From positions 4,317-68,316 of the forward strand of contig DATGXS010000046.1 of NCBI GenBank assembly GCA_035298745.1: DNA of 64,000 nucleotides. Direction: 5' to 3'. Position 1 is the stretch's first letter. Each line of letters opens with the position of its first letter. The DNA comes from Lentimicrobium sp. Lineage in GTDB: Bacteria > Bacteroidota > Bacteroidia > Bacteroidales > Lentimicrobiaceae. Made by a program: the position numbers and the translations under genes. Below the pieces are notes generated by a model. The model made no database searches. It saw only the letters and a program-made list of their open reading frames with translations, and had not been told where the DNA came from. Below, piece after piece: positions 27,339-37,041 of the stretch.

Positions 27339-28952
27339 ATGTCAAACTCTCTACCACTTCCTCAAGCCAATTCTATGGAGCTCCCTACTCAGAGCCCTTC
27401 ATTCAATACTATTTGCAACTTCTGTTCAGTTGGGTGTACTATAGAAGTTTGCCTCGAAAACAACAACTTTCAGACAGTTAAAGGCAGTCCAGGACTAATT
27501 AATGAACATGGCGAATACTGCAATATACCTGAAAGAGGGTATCAAGCCTTCAATAAATTTAAGAGGATTACAGCGCCGCTGTTAAAGATTGATTCTAAAT
27601 TCAGTGAAATTTCATGGGATGATGCATTTGAAATTCTCAACGAAAATATTACAAATGGGAACCCTGATGAAAAAGCATTCTTTGCAGGGGCAAGGCTCAC
27701 CAATGAAGAACAGTATCTGATAATGAAAATCTGCCGTACATGTGCACGTACAAATGACATTGGCAGTTTTCATTACATTGGCAGAGGAACAGGGTATACT
27801 AAACTTTCGAGGGCTAACATTCCTTTTGCAGAGTTAATTGAGGCAAAGAAAGTATACATCATTGGTGCAGAAGTTAAAAAGGATAATCCTGTTGCAGCTG
27901 ATTTTATTTTTAAGAATCAATCAGACTATAATATACCTGTTAATCTTATAACAACTGATCCAAATAGTGATTTAACAGCCTGCTCTTCAGAAGCAATAAT
28001 AATAAAATCTTATTTCCATTTTGTAAAGGCAGTAAACCATTTTCTCGTTTCCCGGGAAATGGAAGATAAGGAATACATCAAAAATCTTGTACAGAACTTT
28101 AGTCAGTATAAGCAAACGTTGTTAAACTATGATTTTGAGCAGTTATGCTCAATAGCCGGTGTTTCAGGAGAAATTGTAAAGAGTTTTGCTGAAGAGTTCA
28201 GTAAAGAACCTCATGCTGTTATAGTATTTGCTGAAAATGAATTATCCGGGCATACCTGTGGTGAAATATTCAACCTTGCTATGCTGACCGGCAAACATGG
28301 CAGATCAGGTGCCGGCCTTATGCTTTTGAAGGAAAACAATAATACACATGGCCTTCATGATATGGGTGTAATGTGGAATTTGGGACCTGGTGCAACACCA
28401 TGGGACGATCCCTTTCAAAGAAGCACTGTTGAATTTACCTGGCGTTCAAAAGAATTGTCAGTTTCCAGAGGGTATACTCTCCATAAACTAAGAGATAAAG
28501 GGTATGATTCACTCTTTATTTTTGGCGAAGATCCTGTAGGTTGTGCAAACGATCAGGAAGATGTAAGGAATTTACTTTCGAAAAGCCGATTCATAGCAGT
28601 TCAGGATTACTTTATGACACCAACTGCTGAATTGGCGAATTTGATTTTGCCGGCATCTCTGCCTTTTGAGTCAGGTGGTACTTTTACCAACAGTCAAAGG
28701 GTAATTCAAAAAGTCAGTAAAAAGCTTGACTGTCCGTTACAATATCCTTCATGGAAGCAATTGGAAGAAATTCTTTCCCGCAATGGCTATGACAGGTATG
28801 AAACCATTGATGATATAACTTTTGAGATTGCATCATTACTTCCAAAATTCTGCACCAGCAGTAAGCTTTTATTCCGCATAAATGTTGATGATAATTACAA
28901 CCCACTCTTTAAAGCAGGTTGTGATGCTTTAATGAATACAGCGAAACAATAG
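27339..28952 (+). CDS. Mo-bisPGD-family (FdhA/NuoG-like) protein with a 4Fe-4S motif and a degenerate active site
   Basis: CNFCSVGC...C cluster motif, GARLTNEE, VQDYFMTPTAELANLILPA, ESGGTFTN. The FDH NNxDxCARxU/C-H loop is replaced by NDIGSFHYIGR. Start uncertain (27330, 27339 or 27375). Confidence 0.8.
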   Translation: MSNSLPLPQANSMELPTQSPSFNTICNFCSVGCTIEVCLENNNFQTVKGSPGLINEHGEYCNIPERGYQAFNKFKRITAPLLKIDSKFSEISWDDAFEILNENITNGNPDEKAFFAGARLTNEEQYLIMKICRTCARTNDIGSFHYIGRGTGYTKLSRANIPFAELIEAKKVYIIGAEVKKDNPVAADFIFKNQSDYNIPVNLITTDPNSDLTACSSEAIIIKSYFHFVKAVNHFLVSREMEDKEYIKNLVQNFSQYKQTLLNYDFEQLCSIAGVSGEIVKSFAEEFSKEPHAVIVFAENELSGHTCGEIFNLAMLTGKHGRSGAGLMLLKENNNTHGLHDMGVMWNLGPGATPWDDPFQRSTVEFTWRSKELSVSRGYTLHKLRDKGYDSLFIFGEDPVGCANDQEDVRNLLSKSRFIAVQDYFMTPTAELANLILPASLPFESGGTFTNSQRVIQKVSKKLDCPLQYPSWKQLEEILSRNGYDRYETIDDITFEIASLLPKFCTSSKLLFRINVDDNYNPLFKAGCDALMNTAKQ

Positions 28953-28996
28953 TTCGGTTTGAGTAACGGTTACTTCACCTCTTCAGGTAAAAAATC

Positions 28997-30019
28997 TCAA
29001 AGTGGTTTGAAGTTCTTCAAAATAGAAACAGCTTCTTCCAGCATATCATTAGTAAAGTCCAGATGAGTAACAAAACGTATAGTCTGTTTATCAAAGTCTA
29101 TACCGTATAAGCCTTTTTCTTCCAACTGTTTAACAACAGGTATGGCAGTTAAAGGAGCTTTTACTTTGAAGAGCACTATATTGGTTTGACATTCAATAAT
29201 ATTCTCAACCCATGGTAAAGTTCCCAGCAAGTCAGAGAGTATTTTAGCTTTCTTATGATCTTCTTTCAAACGTTCAATGTGATTGTCCAGAGCATAAATG
29301 CCAGCTGCAGCCAGATAACCGGCTTGACGCATACCTCCACCAAAAATCTTACGTACCCTTCGGGCACGGTTTATAAAAGCAGTATTTCCAATCAGTACTG
29401 ATCCAACCGGGGCACCTAAACCCTTTGAAAGACAGATAGAAATACTGTCAAACAGTTTTCCGCATTCTATTGGGGTTTGTCCTGTTACTGCTAAAGCATT
29501 AAAAATCCTTGCCCCATCGAGATGGAAATTAAGGTGATTATTGCGACATATTTTTGAAATCTCTGCCAAAATGACATTGTCATAAACTGAACCACCACCT
29601 TTGTTCATAGTATTTTCAACTTCAACCATAACAGTAGGAGGGCGATGGATATCATCGGAATTAATATGGTCAAGCACATCCTGAGGAGAAATCCTACCCC
29701 TGTCGCCATCTAACAGACAGACCGAAGCCCCTGAATTCATCATAATTCCGCCGCCTTCATAATAATACACATGTGAAAGCTTATGGAGAATAATCTCATC
29801 ACCGGGTTGAGTATGCACTTTAACAGCAATTTGATTGGTCATGGTACCCGACGGGCAGTATAAGCCAGCTTCTTTTCCGAATAAAGCTGCCACTTTTTCC
29901 TCAAGTGTTTTAACTGTAGGATCTTCGCCGAAAACATCATCCCCAACTTTCGCAGAAAACATAGCATCAAGCATGCCCTTAGTAGGACGAGTAACAGTAT
30001 CACTCCGCAAATCTATCAT
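28997..30019 (-). CDS. ltaE: Low-specificity L-threonine aldolase
   Basis: [41 protein letters not shown] and [12 protein letters not shown] motifs. Confidence 0.95.
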   Translation of the reverse strand: MIDLRSDTVTRPTKGMLDAMFSAKVGDDVFGEDPTVKTLEEKVAALFGKEAGLYCPSGTMTNQIAVKVHTQPGDEIILHKLSHVYYYEGGGIMMNSGASVCLLDGDRGRISPQDVLDHINSDDIHRPPTVMVEVENTMNKGGGSVYDNVILAEISKICRNNHLNFHLDGARIFNALAVTGQTPIECGKLFDSISICLSKGLGAPVGSVLIGNTAFINRARRVRKIFGGGMRQAGYLAAAGIYALDNHIERLKEDHKKAKILSDLLGTLPWVENIIECQTNIVLFKVKAPLTAIPVVKQLEEKGLYGIDFDKQTIRFVTHLDFTNDMLEEAVSILKNFKPL

Positions 30020-30054
30020 CTTAGTACATTTTGGTGCAAAATTAAGCCATTAGC

Positions 30055-30438
30055 TTAATTACCCACAAATTCCTGAATTCTTTTCTTAAACTTCCAGCAA
30101 GTCATTTGACGGGTATTCATCTTTCGCGAAAGTTCATAAGTTGACACATTTGGTGCACAGCAAACCCTGTAGGCAATTTCGAATGCATCAACAATATTCA
30201 ATCTGCAGTGGTGAAACAAGGTATGAGCTGTTGCCGATTCATCGGTCTTGCACTTGGTACATCTTCTTGAATACGGAGTTTTTCCTTCACAATAATGGGT
30301 ATGCCCACATTTCTTACAAACAAAACCGTCCTTCCACTTATCTTCTGATATCACCTGAAGAACTGTATCCTCATCGTTAAATTGTTCTCTGAAAGCTTCA
30401 GGCGTTTTTATATTTTTGAATATATCTTTAAGATTCAT
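30055..30438 (-). CDS. Stand-alone IS1595-like zinc-ribbon + HTH protein without DDE domain
   Basis: KWKDGFVCKKC...RRCTKC...TAHTLFH and STYELSR...TCWKFKKRI resemble the IS1595 transposase N-terminus. The stop codon comes before any catalytic domain. No TIRs seen. Confidence 0.75.
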   Translation of the reverse strand: MNLKDIFKNIKTPEAFREQFNDEDTVLQVISEDKWKDGFVCKKCGHTHYCEGKTPYSRRCTKCKTDESATAHTLFHHCRLNIVDAFEIAYRVCCAPNVSTYELSRKMNTRQMTCWKFKKRIQEFVGN

Positions 30439-30508
30439 TGTTCTGTTTAATGCACCTAATAATTTTTAAGTGGCTAGGTATTGGAGTATATAATTAGTTT
30501 TCTGACCG

Positions 30509-30516
30509 CAAAATTA
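30509..30516 (-). promoter_or_regulatory. -7 element (TAATTTTG) for the zinc-ribbon gene
   Basis: TAnnTTTG match 70 bp upstream of the start. Confidence 0.5.
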
Positions 30517-30604
30517 AAAATAATTAGTGATACTTATGCGATTCAATGAAAATTTGCACTATTTTTGCAGCATGAAAAGAATAGAAACTCTCAAACATTT
30601 GAAA

Positions 30605-31096
30605 ATGAAACAAATTCTTTTATCACTTCTTCTGGTTGCAGGTGTATACATTACTGCTTGTACCCAAACAGGTTCAGGAAATAAAACACCTGTTATTGCA
30701 ACATCAACACCTGAAGCAGGGAAAGTTATACAAATGGACAAAGCAATGTTCATAAGCAAAGTTTTTGATTACCAGGCTAATCCCGATAAATGGGTATACA
30801 AGGGAGATAAACCTTGTATCATCGATTTTTATGCTGACTGGTGTGGTCCATGTAAAAAAGTTGCACCGATTATGTCAGAACTTGCAACCCAGTATAAAGA
30901 TGAAATTGTAATTTATAAGGTTAACACTGATCTTGAAAAGGAATTGGCAGGAATATTCAATATTAGAAGCATTCCTTCAATTTTATTCTGCCCAATTGAA
31001 GGACAACCCACAATGACTATGGGTGCGCAACCCAAAACTGAATTTGACAAGCTTGTTAAAACAGTATTATTGAACAAACAAGCTACAAATCAGTAA
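30605..31096 (+). CDS. Lipoprotein thioredoxin
   Basis: Signal ending ITA-C, DFYADWCGPC, IRSIP. Start set at MKQILL, downstream of TATTTTTG at 30560-30567. Confidence 0.9.
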   Translation: MKQILLSLLLVAGVYITACTQTGSGNKTPVIATSTPEAGKVIQMDKAMFISKVFDYQANPDKWVYKGDKPCIIDFYADWCGPCKKVAPIMSELATQYKDEIVIYKVNTDLEKELAGIFNIRSIPSILFCPIEGQPTMTMGAQPKTEFDKLVKTVLLNKQATNQ

Positions 31097-31133
31097 TAAA
31101 GAAAATAATAGTTTAAAACAAGAAAGCACAATA

Positions 31134-31496
31134 ATGGAACATTTAACAGCTCAGACTTTTAAAGAAAAAGTATTCAACTACGAGAAAAACCAGGACTGGA
31201 AATACGAAGGTACAATTCCAAGCATCATTGACTTTTATGCTGACTGGTGTGGACCTTGTAAAATGGTAGCTCCTATTCTTGAAGAACTCTCAAAAGAATA
31301 CGATGGTAAGATAAATATTTATAAGGTTGATACTGAAGCAGAACAAGAACTGTCAGCAGTATTTGGCATCAGAAGCATCCCAAGTATGCTCTTTTGTCCG
31401 GTTGAAGGCCAACCAAGAATGGCAGCAGGCGCACTCCCAAAGTCAGCACTCATCCAGGCAATTGATGATGTTTTATTACAGCCACAAAAGAAATAA
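31134..31496 (+). CDS. trxA: Thioredoxin
   Basis: IIDFYADWCGPCKMVAP, GIRSIPS. No signal peptide. Confidence 0.93.
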   Translation: MEHLTAQTFKEKVFNYEKNQDWKYEGTIPSIIDFYADWCGPCKMVAPILEELSKEYDGKINIYKVDTEAEQELSAVFGIRSIPSMLFCPVEGQPRMAAGALPKSALIQAIDDVLLQPQKK

Positions 31497-31514
31497 TCAA
31501 ACTTTTCAAGTCTG

Positions 31515-31551
31515 GAGGCCGGTTTTTTATTAACCGGCCTCTTTTTTTTTA
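31515..31551 (+). terminator. Intrinsic terminator after the thioredoxin pair
   Basis: GAGGCCGGTT / AACCGGCCTC 10-bp stem followed by a long T-run. Confidence 0.88.
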
Positions 31552-31619
31552 TACATCACGTTTATTAATGTATTTTCGCCGTCTGATTGTTTACTAATCA
31601 AGTAGATTGATTACTCTGT

Positions 31620-33269
31620 ATGAGCTTCTCAAAACGTGACTTTCTTGTTGTATTAATAGTATGGTTGATTGCGACGGTATTAAATGTTACAAAACCTTTT
31701 CACATTGATGATGCCTACCATCTGGAGGCAGCCATTCACATTGCAAATGATCCGCTCAGTCCTTCATCGGGTTTTATTAATTGGGGCAATGTGCCAGAAC
31801 CACAAAGCCAGTCAAATCAGCCACCACTGTTTTTTTACCTGCTGGCATTAACCGGTTATCTTACTTCATTCAGTGAAATACCCCTTCATTTGCTGGTATC
31901 TGTTTTTACCTTCTTATCACTCTATTTCTTTTTCTTAATTGCTAAACTTATTAAGCCTGGTGATGCCTTATTTCTCACAGTTATCTTCGGGTTAAGTCCT
32001 GCTTTCCTGGTGAACCAGAATATAATGGTTGATGTCCCATTGTTATCAGCCTCAATGGCATTTGGGTATTTTTCCCTCCTTGCAGGCAATACCGGTAAAT
32101 TCAGGTATATTGCATATGCCGGCATTGCACTGGGCATAGCAATACTTATTAAATTTACTATTATACCTCTATTTGTGGTAATTCTGATCAGCCCTTTCTT
32201 TTACCGGAAGCCATTGCACGGGGCAGCAGTATTAATTCCCATTTTTTTCATAAGTGCCTGGTCCTTTTATAATATTTTTGAATTCAATGATATTCAGCTT
32301 TTCACCCGTAAGGTTGATCACTCAGGCACCAGTATACCCGACGCAGCCCTCTCATTTCTTTCATGTATTGGAGCCATTAGTCCATTTGCCTTGATGTTAT
32401 TTACGTCTACTCAGAAAAATCCATACAGATATGTACCTTATATTGTAACCCTTTTTACAATATTCACAATCTTTATGTTGCTGTCATGGATTGAAGTGAT
32501 TACCCCTGAATTTTCAAGGGAAATTATCAGGTATATGTTTATGCTATTGGGACTTGTTGTATTTGCAACCATTTTCTTATCAAATAGGCACATCTTTAAA
32601 GATCTCGTAATAAGGTCAGGCGATTCATATACCAGGATTTTTCTAGTATTATGGTTTTCTTCACTTACGGTATTCATCATCCTATTCGCTCCATTTATAG
32701 CCACACGTCATGTATTATTGGTTATCCCGGCATATATACTGATGATTCCCGCCTTGCCGGTCAATTTTCCCAAAGTGCTTAAAATCATTGCCTTTAGCGC
32801 TACTTTAACTGCCGGTATTATGCTAAGTGTTTCTGACTATTATTACGCTTCATTCTATAAAAAGCACTCTAAAGATATAGCCTTGAAATATGGAAAAGAT
32901 CATAAGATATGGGCATTAGGACATTGGGGTTGGCAATGGTATGCCAGGGTTAACGGTTTTAAAATTTATAATACCTGTATTTCTGATGTTAAAGAAGGTG
33001 ATATCTTTGTTTACCCGGTAAACGTTCCGATACAACAGATTTGCCCTCTGATTCATCTTGAAAGAATTGAAGAAAGATGGGATAAACCCGGAATTCTTGC
33101 TTTTTTTTCAACAAGAGAGGAAGGAAGTTTTTATTTGTCGGGATATAAAAATCCGGCATGGCAATTTTCATTAATGCCTACTGACACTATAATTGTTCAA
33201 AAAGTTACAAGAATTGATAACACAGTATTCAGGGAACATGATCATGCAACGGCCTCTGGAACACACTAA
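31620..33269 (+). CDS. GT-C fold (ArnT/PMT-like) membrane glycosyltransferase
   Basis: First-loop acidic HIDDAY motif, QPPLFF, MVDVP, IKF, many transmembrane segments. Confidence 0.8.
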   Translation: MSFSKRDFLVVLIVWLIATVLNVTKPFHIDDAYHLEAAIHIANDPLSPSSGFINWGNVPEPQSQSNQPPLFFYLLALTGYLTSFSEIPLHLLVSVFTFLSLYFFFLIAKLIKPGDALFLTVIFGLSPAFLVNQNIMVDVPLLSASMAFGYFSLLAGNTGKFRYIAYAGIALGIAILIKFTIIPLFVVILISPFFYRKPLHGAAVLIPIFFISAWSFYNIFEFNDIQLFTRKVDHSGTSIPDAALSFLSCIGAISPFALMLFTSTQKNPYRYVPYIVTLFTIFTIFMLLSWIEVITPEFSREIIRYMFMLLGLVVFATIFLSNRHIFKDLVIRSGDSYTRIFLVLWFSSLTVFIILFAPFIATRHVLLVIPAYILMIPALPVNFPKVLKIIAFSATLTAGIMLSVSDYYYASFYKKHSKDIALKYGKDHKIWALGHWGWQWYARVNGFKIYNTCISDVKEGDIFVYPVNVPIQQICPLIHLERIEERWDKPGILAFFSTREEGSFYLSGYKNPAWQFSLMPTDTIIVQKVTRIDNTVFREHDHATASGTH

Positions 33270-33888
33270 TCAAGATTCCGTAATACTTCCCCTGTCGTAT
33301 TTACCATCTATTGACCATTACTGCTTTCTTGCTCGATTCAGTAACCTCCTTTTTGAAGTTCACGAAACTTTTCCCAAGCAAACATGCCGGAACCGCACAA
33401 ACATTTTATCGGCTAATGGGGTACTTCGTCTTTCGGTACCGGTTATTAAACCAAATGGTAACAGGACCAGAACGAATGAAGTTATAATTGACAATAAAGA
33501 AGCATGGAACAGAATCCACTGGAGAGCTATTGTTTCAGCATATAATAAATCACCTTTTTTCCTTTTCTATAAGGATGATTTCGAAGCAGTATATGATCGG
33601 CCCGAAGGGCTACTCATCGATTTCAACCAAAAACTAATCGGCATTATCAACAAGTCATTAAAAATAAAAACTGACTTACGGTTGACGGACAATTACCAAT
33701 CAAAATACAACGAAAACTATTACGATTTCCGAAATTGCCCAAAGCAACAATTTAAGACCATATTTAATCAAGTACCTTACACGCAGGTGTTTGCAGATCG
33801 TTTTCCGTTCATGCCCAATTTAAGTATAATAGATCTTCTTTTTAATGAGGGCCCATACGCCTCTAAGTATTTAATGAATACCGATTAG
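33193..33888 (+). CDS. wbqC: WbqC-family protein
   Basis: SYLP...HETFPKQTCRNR..I, LSVPV, HWRAI.SAYNKSPFF, YTQVF...F.PNLSIIDLLFNEGP. True start probably 33238 or 33244. Confidence 0.9.
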   Translation: MFKKLQELITQYSGNMIMQRPLEHTNQDSVILPLSYLPSIDHYCFLARFSNLLFEVHETFPKQTCRNRTNILSANGVLRLSVPVIKPNGNRTRTNEVIIDNKEAWNRIHWRAIVSAYNKSPFFLFYKDDFEAVYDRPEGLLIDFNQKLIGIINKSLKIKTDLRLTDNYQSKYNENYYDFRNCPKQQFKTIFNQVPYTQVFADRFPFMPNLSIIDLLFNEGPYASKYLMNTD

Positions 33889-33949
33889 TTGTTAAGACTT
33901 GAAGTTGATTCTTAAAACTTTTTACATGCCAATTAAATCACTAATCGCA

Positions 33950-36016
33950 TCAAAGTACCGGATATTCAATTCTGATGTGATAAATACTCATTAGCCTCTT
34001 TTTGAGTATCTTTTTGATTTTTGTAATATCCTGGAAGGTAAGTTCGGAATTGCTGAATTGATTATCCTTGATTTGACTGTTAATTATCTTTTCAACCAAT
34101 TCCGAAATAGACTCTTCAGTGGGTTTTTGCATACTTCTGGAAGCTGCTTCAACTGAATCAGCCATCATGAGCACTGAAGTTTCTTTAGAAAAAGGTACAG
34201 GTCCAGGATACTTGAAAGGCTTTTCACTGATCTCCTCTTCAGGAAAGTCTATTTTCTTTCGGTTGTAAAAATATTCAGCCATGCGCGTACCATGGTGTGT
34301 TCGGATAAAATCAACCAATACTTCAGGCAGGTTGTATTTTTTAGCAATCTCAATCCCTTTGAATACATGTCCAACAATAATCCTACCACTCTCCTCATAA
34401 CCCAACTCATCATGCGGGTTCATACCTGATGTTTGATTTTCAATAAAATACATCGGCATCTCCATTTTCCCAATATCGTGGTATAGAGCGCCTGCCCTTA
34501 TTAGCAGGGTGTTACCCCCAATAGCAAATGCAGCCTCTTCAGCAATATTAGCTACCTGCAGTGAATGTTGAAAGGTTCCGGGTGCATATTGTGAAAGTTT
34601 CCGGAGTAAAGAACTATTAGTGTCTGATAATTCCATAAGAGTAACATCAGTCACCAATCCAAACACTTTCTCAAATAAGTAAATCAAAGGATATGAAAAC
34701 AAGGTAAATAAAGCATTTCCGGCAAACAGTATAAACGGGCGTTGTGAAATGTTTTCAAAACTTCCATCCTGTATGAGAAGCATTCCTATATAAATAGCTG
34801 AATAAGAACTAAAAATGGCCAGTGCTGTAATAAAAAACTGCGACCGGCGCCGCAACTCAGCAACACTTATAATTGCAATAATACCGGCTATTAACTGCAT
34901 GAATATAAATTCAAATGCATTGGGCACCATGAAACCGGTTAGTATTAAAGTCACAACATGCACAAAATACGCCAGCCGGGTATCAAAGAATACCCTTATA
35001 ATTAATGGTACCATGCAGAATGGAAGCAATTGCAGCAACTGACTGTTTACTGTCATAGTCATACTTGTGACTGAAACCATTATAAGAATAAGAATCAGCA
35101 TTAGCAGCAGCTTCTTATTTTCAGCAAACAAATCTTTACGGAATGACACCATAAAGAGAATGAATGCAATCATGGTAAGCGAAATCAGGAGCACCTGGCC
35201 AATCAGTATATTAAAGTACTTGAAAGTGGTACCAAGCCTGCTTTCATAGTCCAGTCGAAGAGATTCAAGAACCTGGAATTTTTCTGCATTTACAAGTTCA
35301 CCTCTGGCAATGATTCTCTCGCCCCGCTGTATCATACCCCGGGAATTAGGTATCTCAGCCAGTGTATTCTCACGAATCCTGCCTGTGGTCTCAGCGTCAT
35401 ATAGTACATTCTGCCTTAAAGCGTTAATCAGTACATCATAAATAAGGTCTTTATTTAACACATCTGATTGGTCAACTTCCTTTCTGATGTACCGTTCAGC
35501 AGTCTGAATAGAAAAAAGACTCGCGAGGTTAGTCCGGGCTGCAGTATTACCATTGATGATCCATATCTGGTAATCAGGCGGTTTATCGTTTATTTCATTA
35601 ATGTAACTGACGATACCTTTGCTAAAAAGTGTATCGAGAACATTAAAGACCAGGTTCAGGCTCTTTTGCCGTTCTTCATCAGTGGTTTGAGGCAGATTCC
35701 TCCACCGGCTATTGAAGTCATTAACAGCCTGGTTAATCTGGGCGTCAGCAATACCCTGACTTTTTAGAAAATGCGGGCGCAGTTGTTCAAGTGCCTTTTC
35801 TTTTTCCAGCTTCAGCTCATCGGTTGGCTTTAAAACCGCAAAGTCAACAGGTGCTATCAGATCCTCGTGTTGCCAGGGTTTTCCACGCTGATATTCATAC
35901 TTAAACTTACCTTCCCTTGGAAATACCAATATTAATAATGAAATAACCACCACAAATAAAGTGACCTTCTCGAGAAGGTTGTAATTATTCCGAAGCCATA
36001 TCAGTGATTTCTTCAT
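33950..36016 (-). CDS. 7TM-HD (HDIG) phosphohydrolase, PgpH-like cyclic-dinucleotide phosphodiesterase family
   Basis: Extracytoplasmic domain, 7 TM segments, APGTFQHS, YHDIGK, THHGT, ADSVEAASRS. Confidence 0.88.
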   Translation of the reverse strand: MKKSLIWLRNNYNLLEKVTLFVVVISLLILVFPREGKFKYEYQRGKPWQHEDLIAPVDFAVLKPTDELKLEKEKALEQLRPHFLKSQGIADAQINQAVNDFNSRWRNLPQTTDEERQKSLNLVFNVLDTLFSKGIVSYINEINDKPPDYQIWIINGNTAARTNLASLFSIQTAERYIRKEVDQSDVLNKDLIYDVLINALRQNVLYDAETTGRIRENTLAEIPNSRGMIQRGERIIARGELVNAEKFQVLESLRLDYESRLGTTFKYFNILIGQVLLISLTMIAFILFMVSFRKDLFAENKKLLLMLILILIMVSVTSMTMTVNSQLLQLLPFCMVPLIIRVFFDTRLAYFVHVVTLILTGFMVPNAFEFIFMQLIAGIIAIISVAELRRRSQFFITALAIFSSYSAIYIGMLLIQDGSFENISQRPFILFAGNALFTLFSYPLIYLFEKVFGLVTDVTLMELSDTNSSLLRKLSQYAPGTFQHSLQVANIAEEAAFAIGGNTLLIRAGALYHDIGKMEMPMYFIENQTSGMNPHDELGYEESGRIIVGHVFKGIEIAKKYNLPEVLVDFIRTHHGTRMAEYFYNRKKIDFPEEEISEKPFKYPGPVPFSKETSVLMMADSVEAASRSMQKPTEESISELVEKIINSQIKDNQFSNSELTFQDITKIKKILKKRLMSIYHIRIEYPVL

Positions 36017-36125
36017 AAAGGGATTGGTATTCCTGCCTTTAAGGTGACTCGCTTACAAAGATATTAAAAATCAAAAAGTTATTAACAATGCCTTGATTTC
36101 GTCATCACTTATTCGTATAAATCTA

Positions 36126-36133
36126 TATATTTG
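36126..36133 (+). promoter_or_regulatory. -7 element (TATATTTG) for the NlpC/P60 gene; back-to-back partner TATCTTTG at 36056-36063 (minus) for the HD gene
   Basis: Exact TAnnTTTG matches upstream of both divergent genes. Confidence 0.55.
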
Positions 36134-36152
36134 CCCGTAATCCAGAACTAAC

Positions 36153-36914
36153 ATGGCAGAGGGACTTTGCACTCTTTCAATAATTCCGGTTAGATCAGAA
36201 CCTTCAGGTAAATCAACCATGGTCAATCAGTTATTGTTTGGCGACCGGGTTGAGATTATTGAAGAATCACCTAACTGGATTAAAATCAAATCACTCCACG
36301 ATAATTATGAAGGTTGGTGTGAACGAAATCAAATAACAGTCAAAATAAAAGAACAACCTGAGCAAGAGTATCAGCTTATTCACAGTTTAACAGCTACCTT
36401 TCTTCACGATGCGTTTCCACAAACATTGGTTTATGGCAGCACTATTCCATATTATAGTGAACAATACATGTTCAATGGAGTACCAGGTGCAATGATGGAA
36501 GGTATAGTTAAACCACCGCTACCTTCGGTTGGCGAAAGTGTGGTTGCTGCAACAAGGCTCTTCATTAACACTCCTTACTTATGGGGAGGGCGGTCGCCAT
36601 TTGGTGTAGATTGTTCGGGCCTTGTGCAGATTGCGTTTAAAATGGCCGGGAAATTACTTCCAAGAGATGCCTGGCAACAAGCTGAATACGAAGGTCGGTT
36701 TATCGATCTTATTAATGAAACCAGACCTGGTGATGTGGCCTTCTTTGACAATGACGAGGGAGTAATAACTCATGCAGGCATACTTACTGCTACTGGTCTC
36801 ATCGTGCATGCCAGCGGCAAGGTACGGGTTGACAATGTTGACCATTTTGGCATCTTCAACACAGAAACCGGAAAGTATACGCATAAACTACGGATTATCA
36901 AAAGATTCTTCTGA
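36153..36914 (+). CDS. SH3 + NlpC/P60 (C40, YkfC-like) peptidase
   Basis: SH3b-like N-terminus (IPVRSEPS...QLLFG), PYLWGG..PFGVDCSG, HAGI, HAS. Confidence 0.92.
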   Translation: MAEGLCTLSIIPVRSEPSGKSTMVNQLLFGDRVEIIEESPNWIKIKSLHDNYEGWCERNQITVKIKEQPEQEYQLIHSLTATFLHDAFPQTLVYGSTIPYYSEQYMFNGVPGAMMEGIVKPPLPSVGESVVAATRLFINTPYLWGGRSPFGVDCSGLVQIAFKMAGKLLPRDAWQQAEYEGRFIDLINETRPGDVAFFDNDEGVITHAGILTATGLIVHASGKVRVDNVDHFGIFNTETGKYTHKLRIIKRFF

Positions 36915-36967
36915 AAATAGTTAACAATTACTTAACCATCAGATTAGGTGTTCACACAAGACATTTG

Positions 36968-36975
36968 TATTTTTG
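36968..36975 (+). promoter_or_regulatory. -7 element (TATTTTTG) for the Oar-like receptor
   Basis: TAnnTTTG match 66 bp upstream of the ATG. Confidence 0.5.
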
Positions 36976-37041
36976 CAGCACTTTCAATATGAGCATTTTG
37001 CTAAGTAAATCACAATAAACAACCAATTAACCGAAAATCAA

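Noticed and set aside
27295-27340. GATGCATATAT upstream of the Mo-bisPGD-like gene as a third operator copy
   Set aside because: Only a partial half-site with no matching partner at 5-nt spacing.
27339-28952. Formate dehydrogenase selenoprotein
   Set aside because: No in-frame TGA or Cys at the Mo-ligand position.
30055-30438. Active IS1595 insertion sequence
   Set aside because: No DDE domain, terminal inverted repeats or target duplication; listed as a CDS instead.
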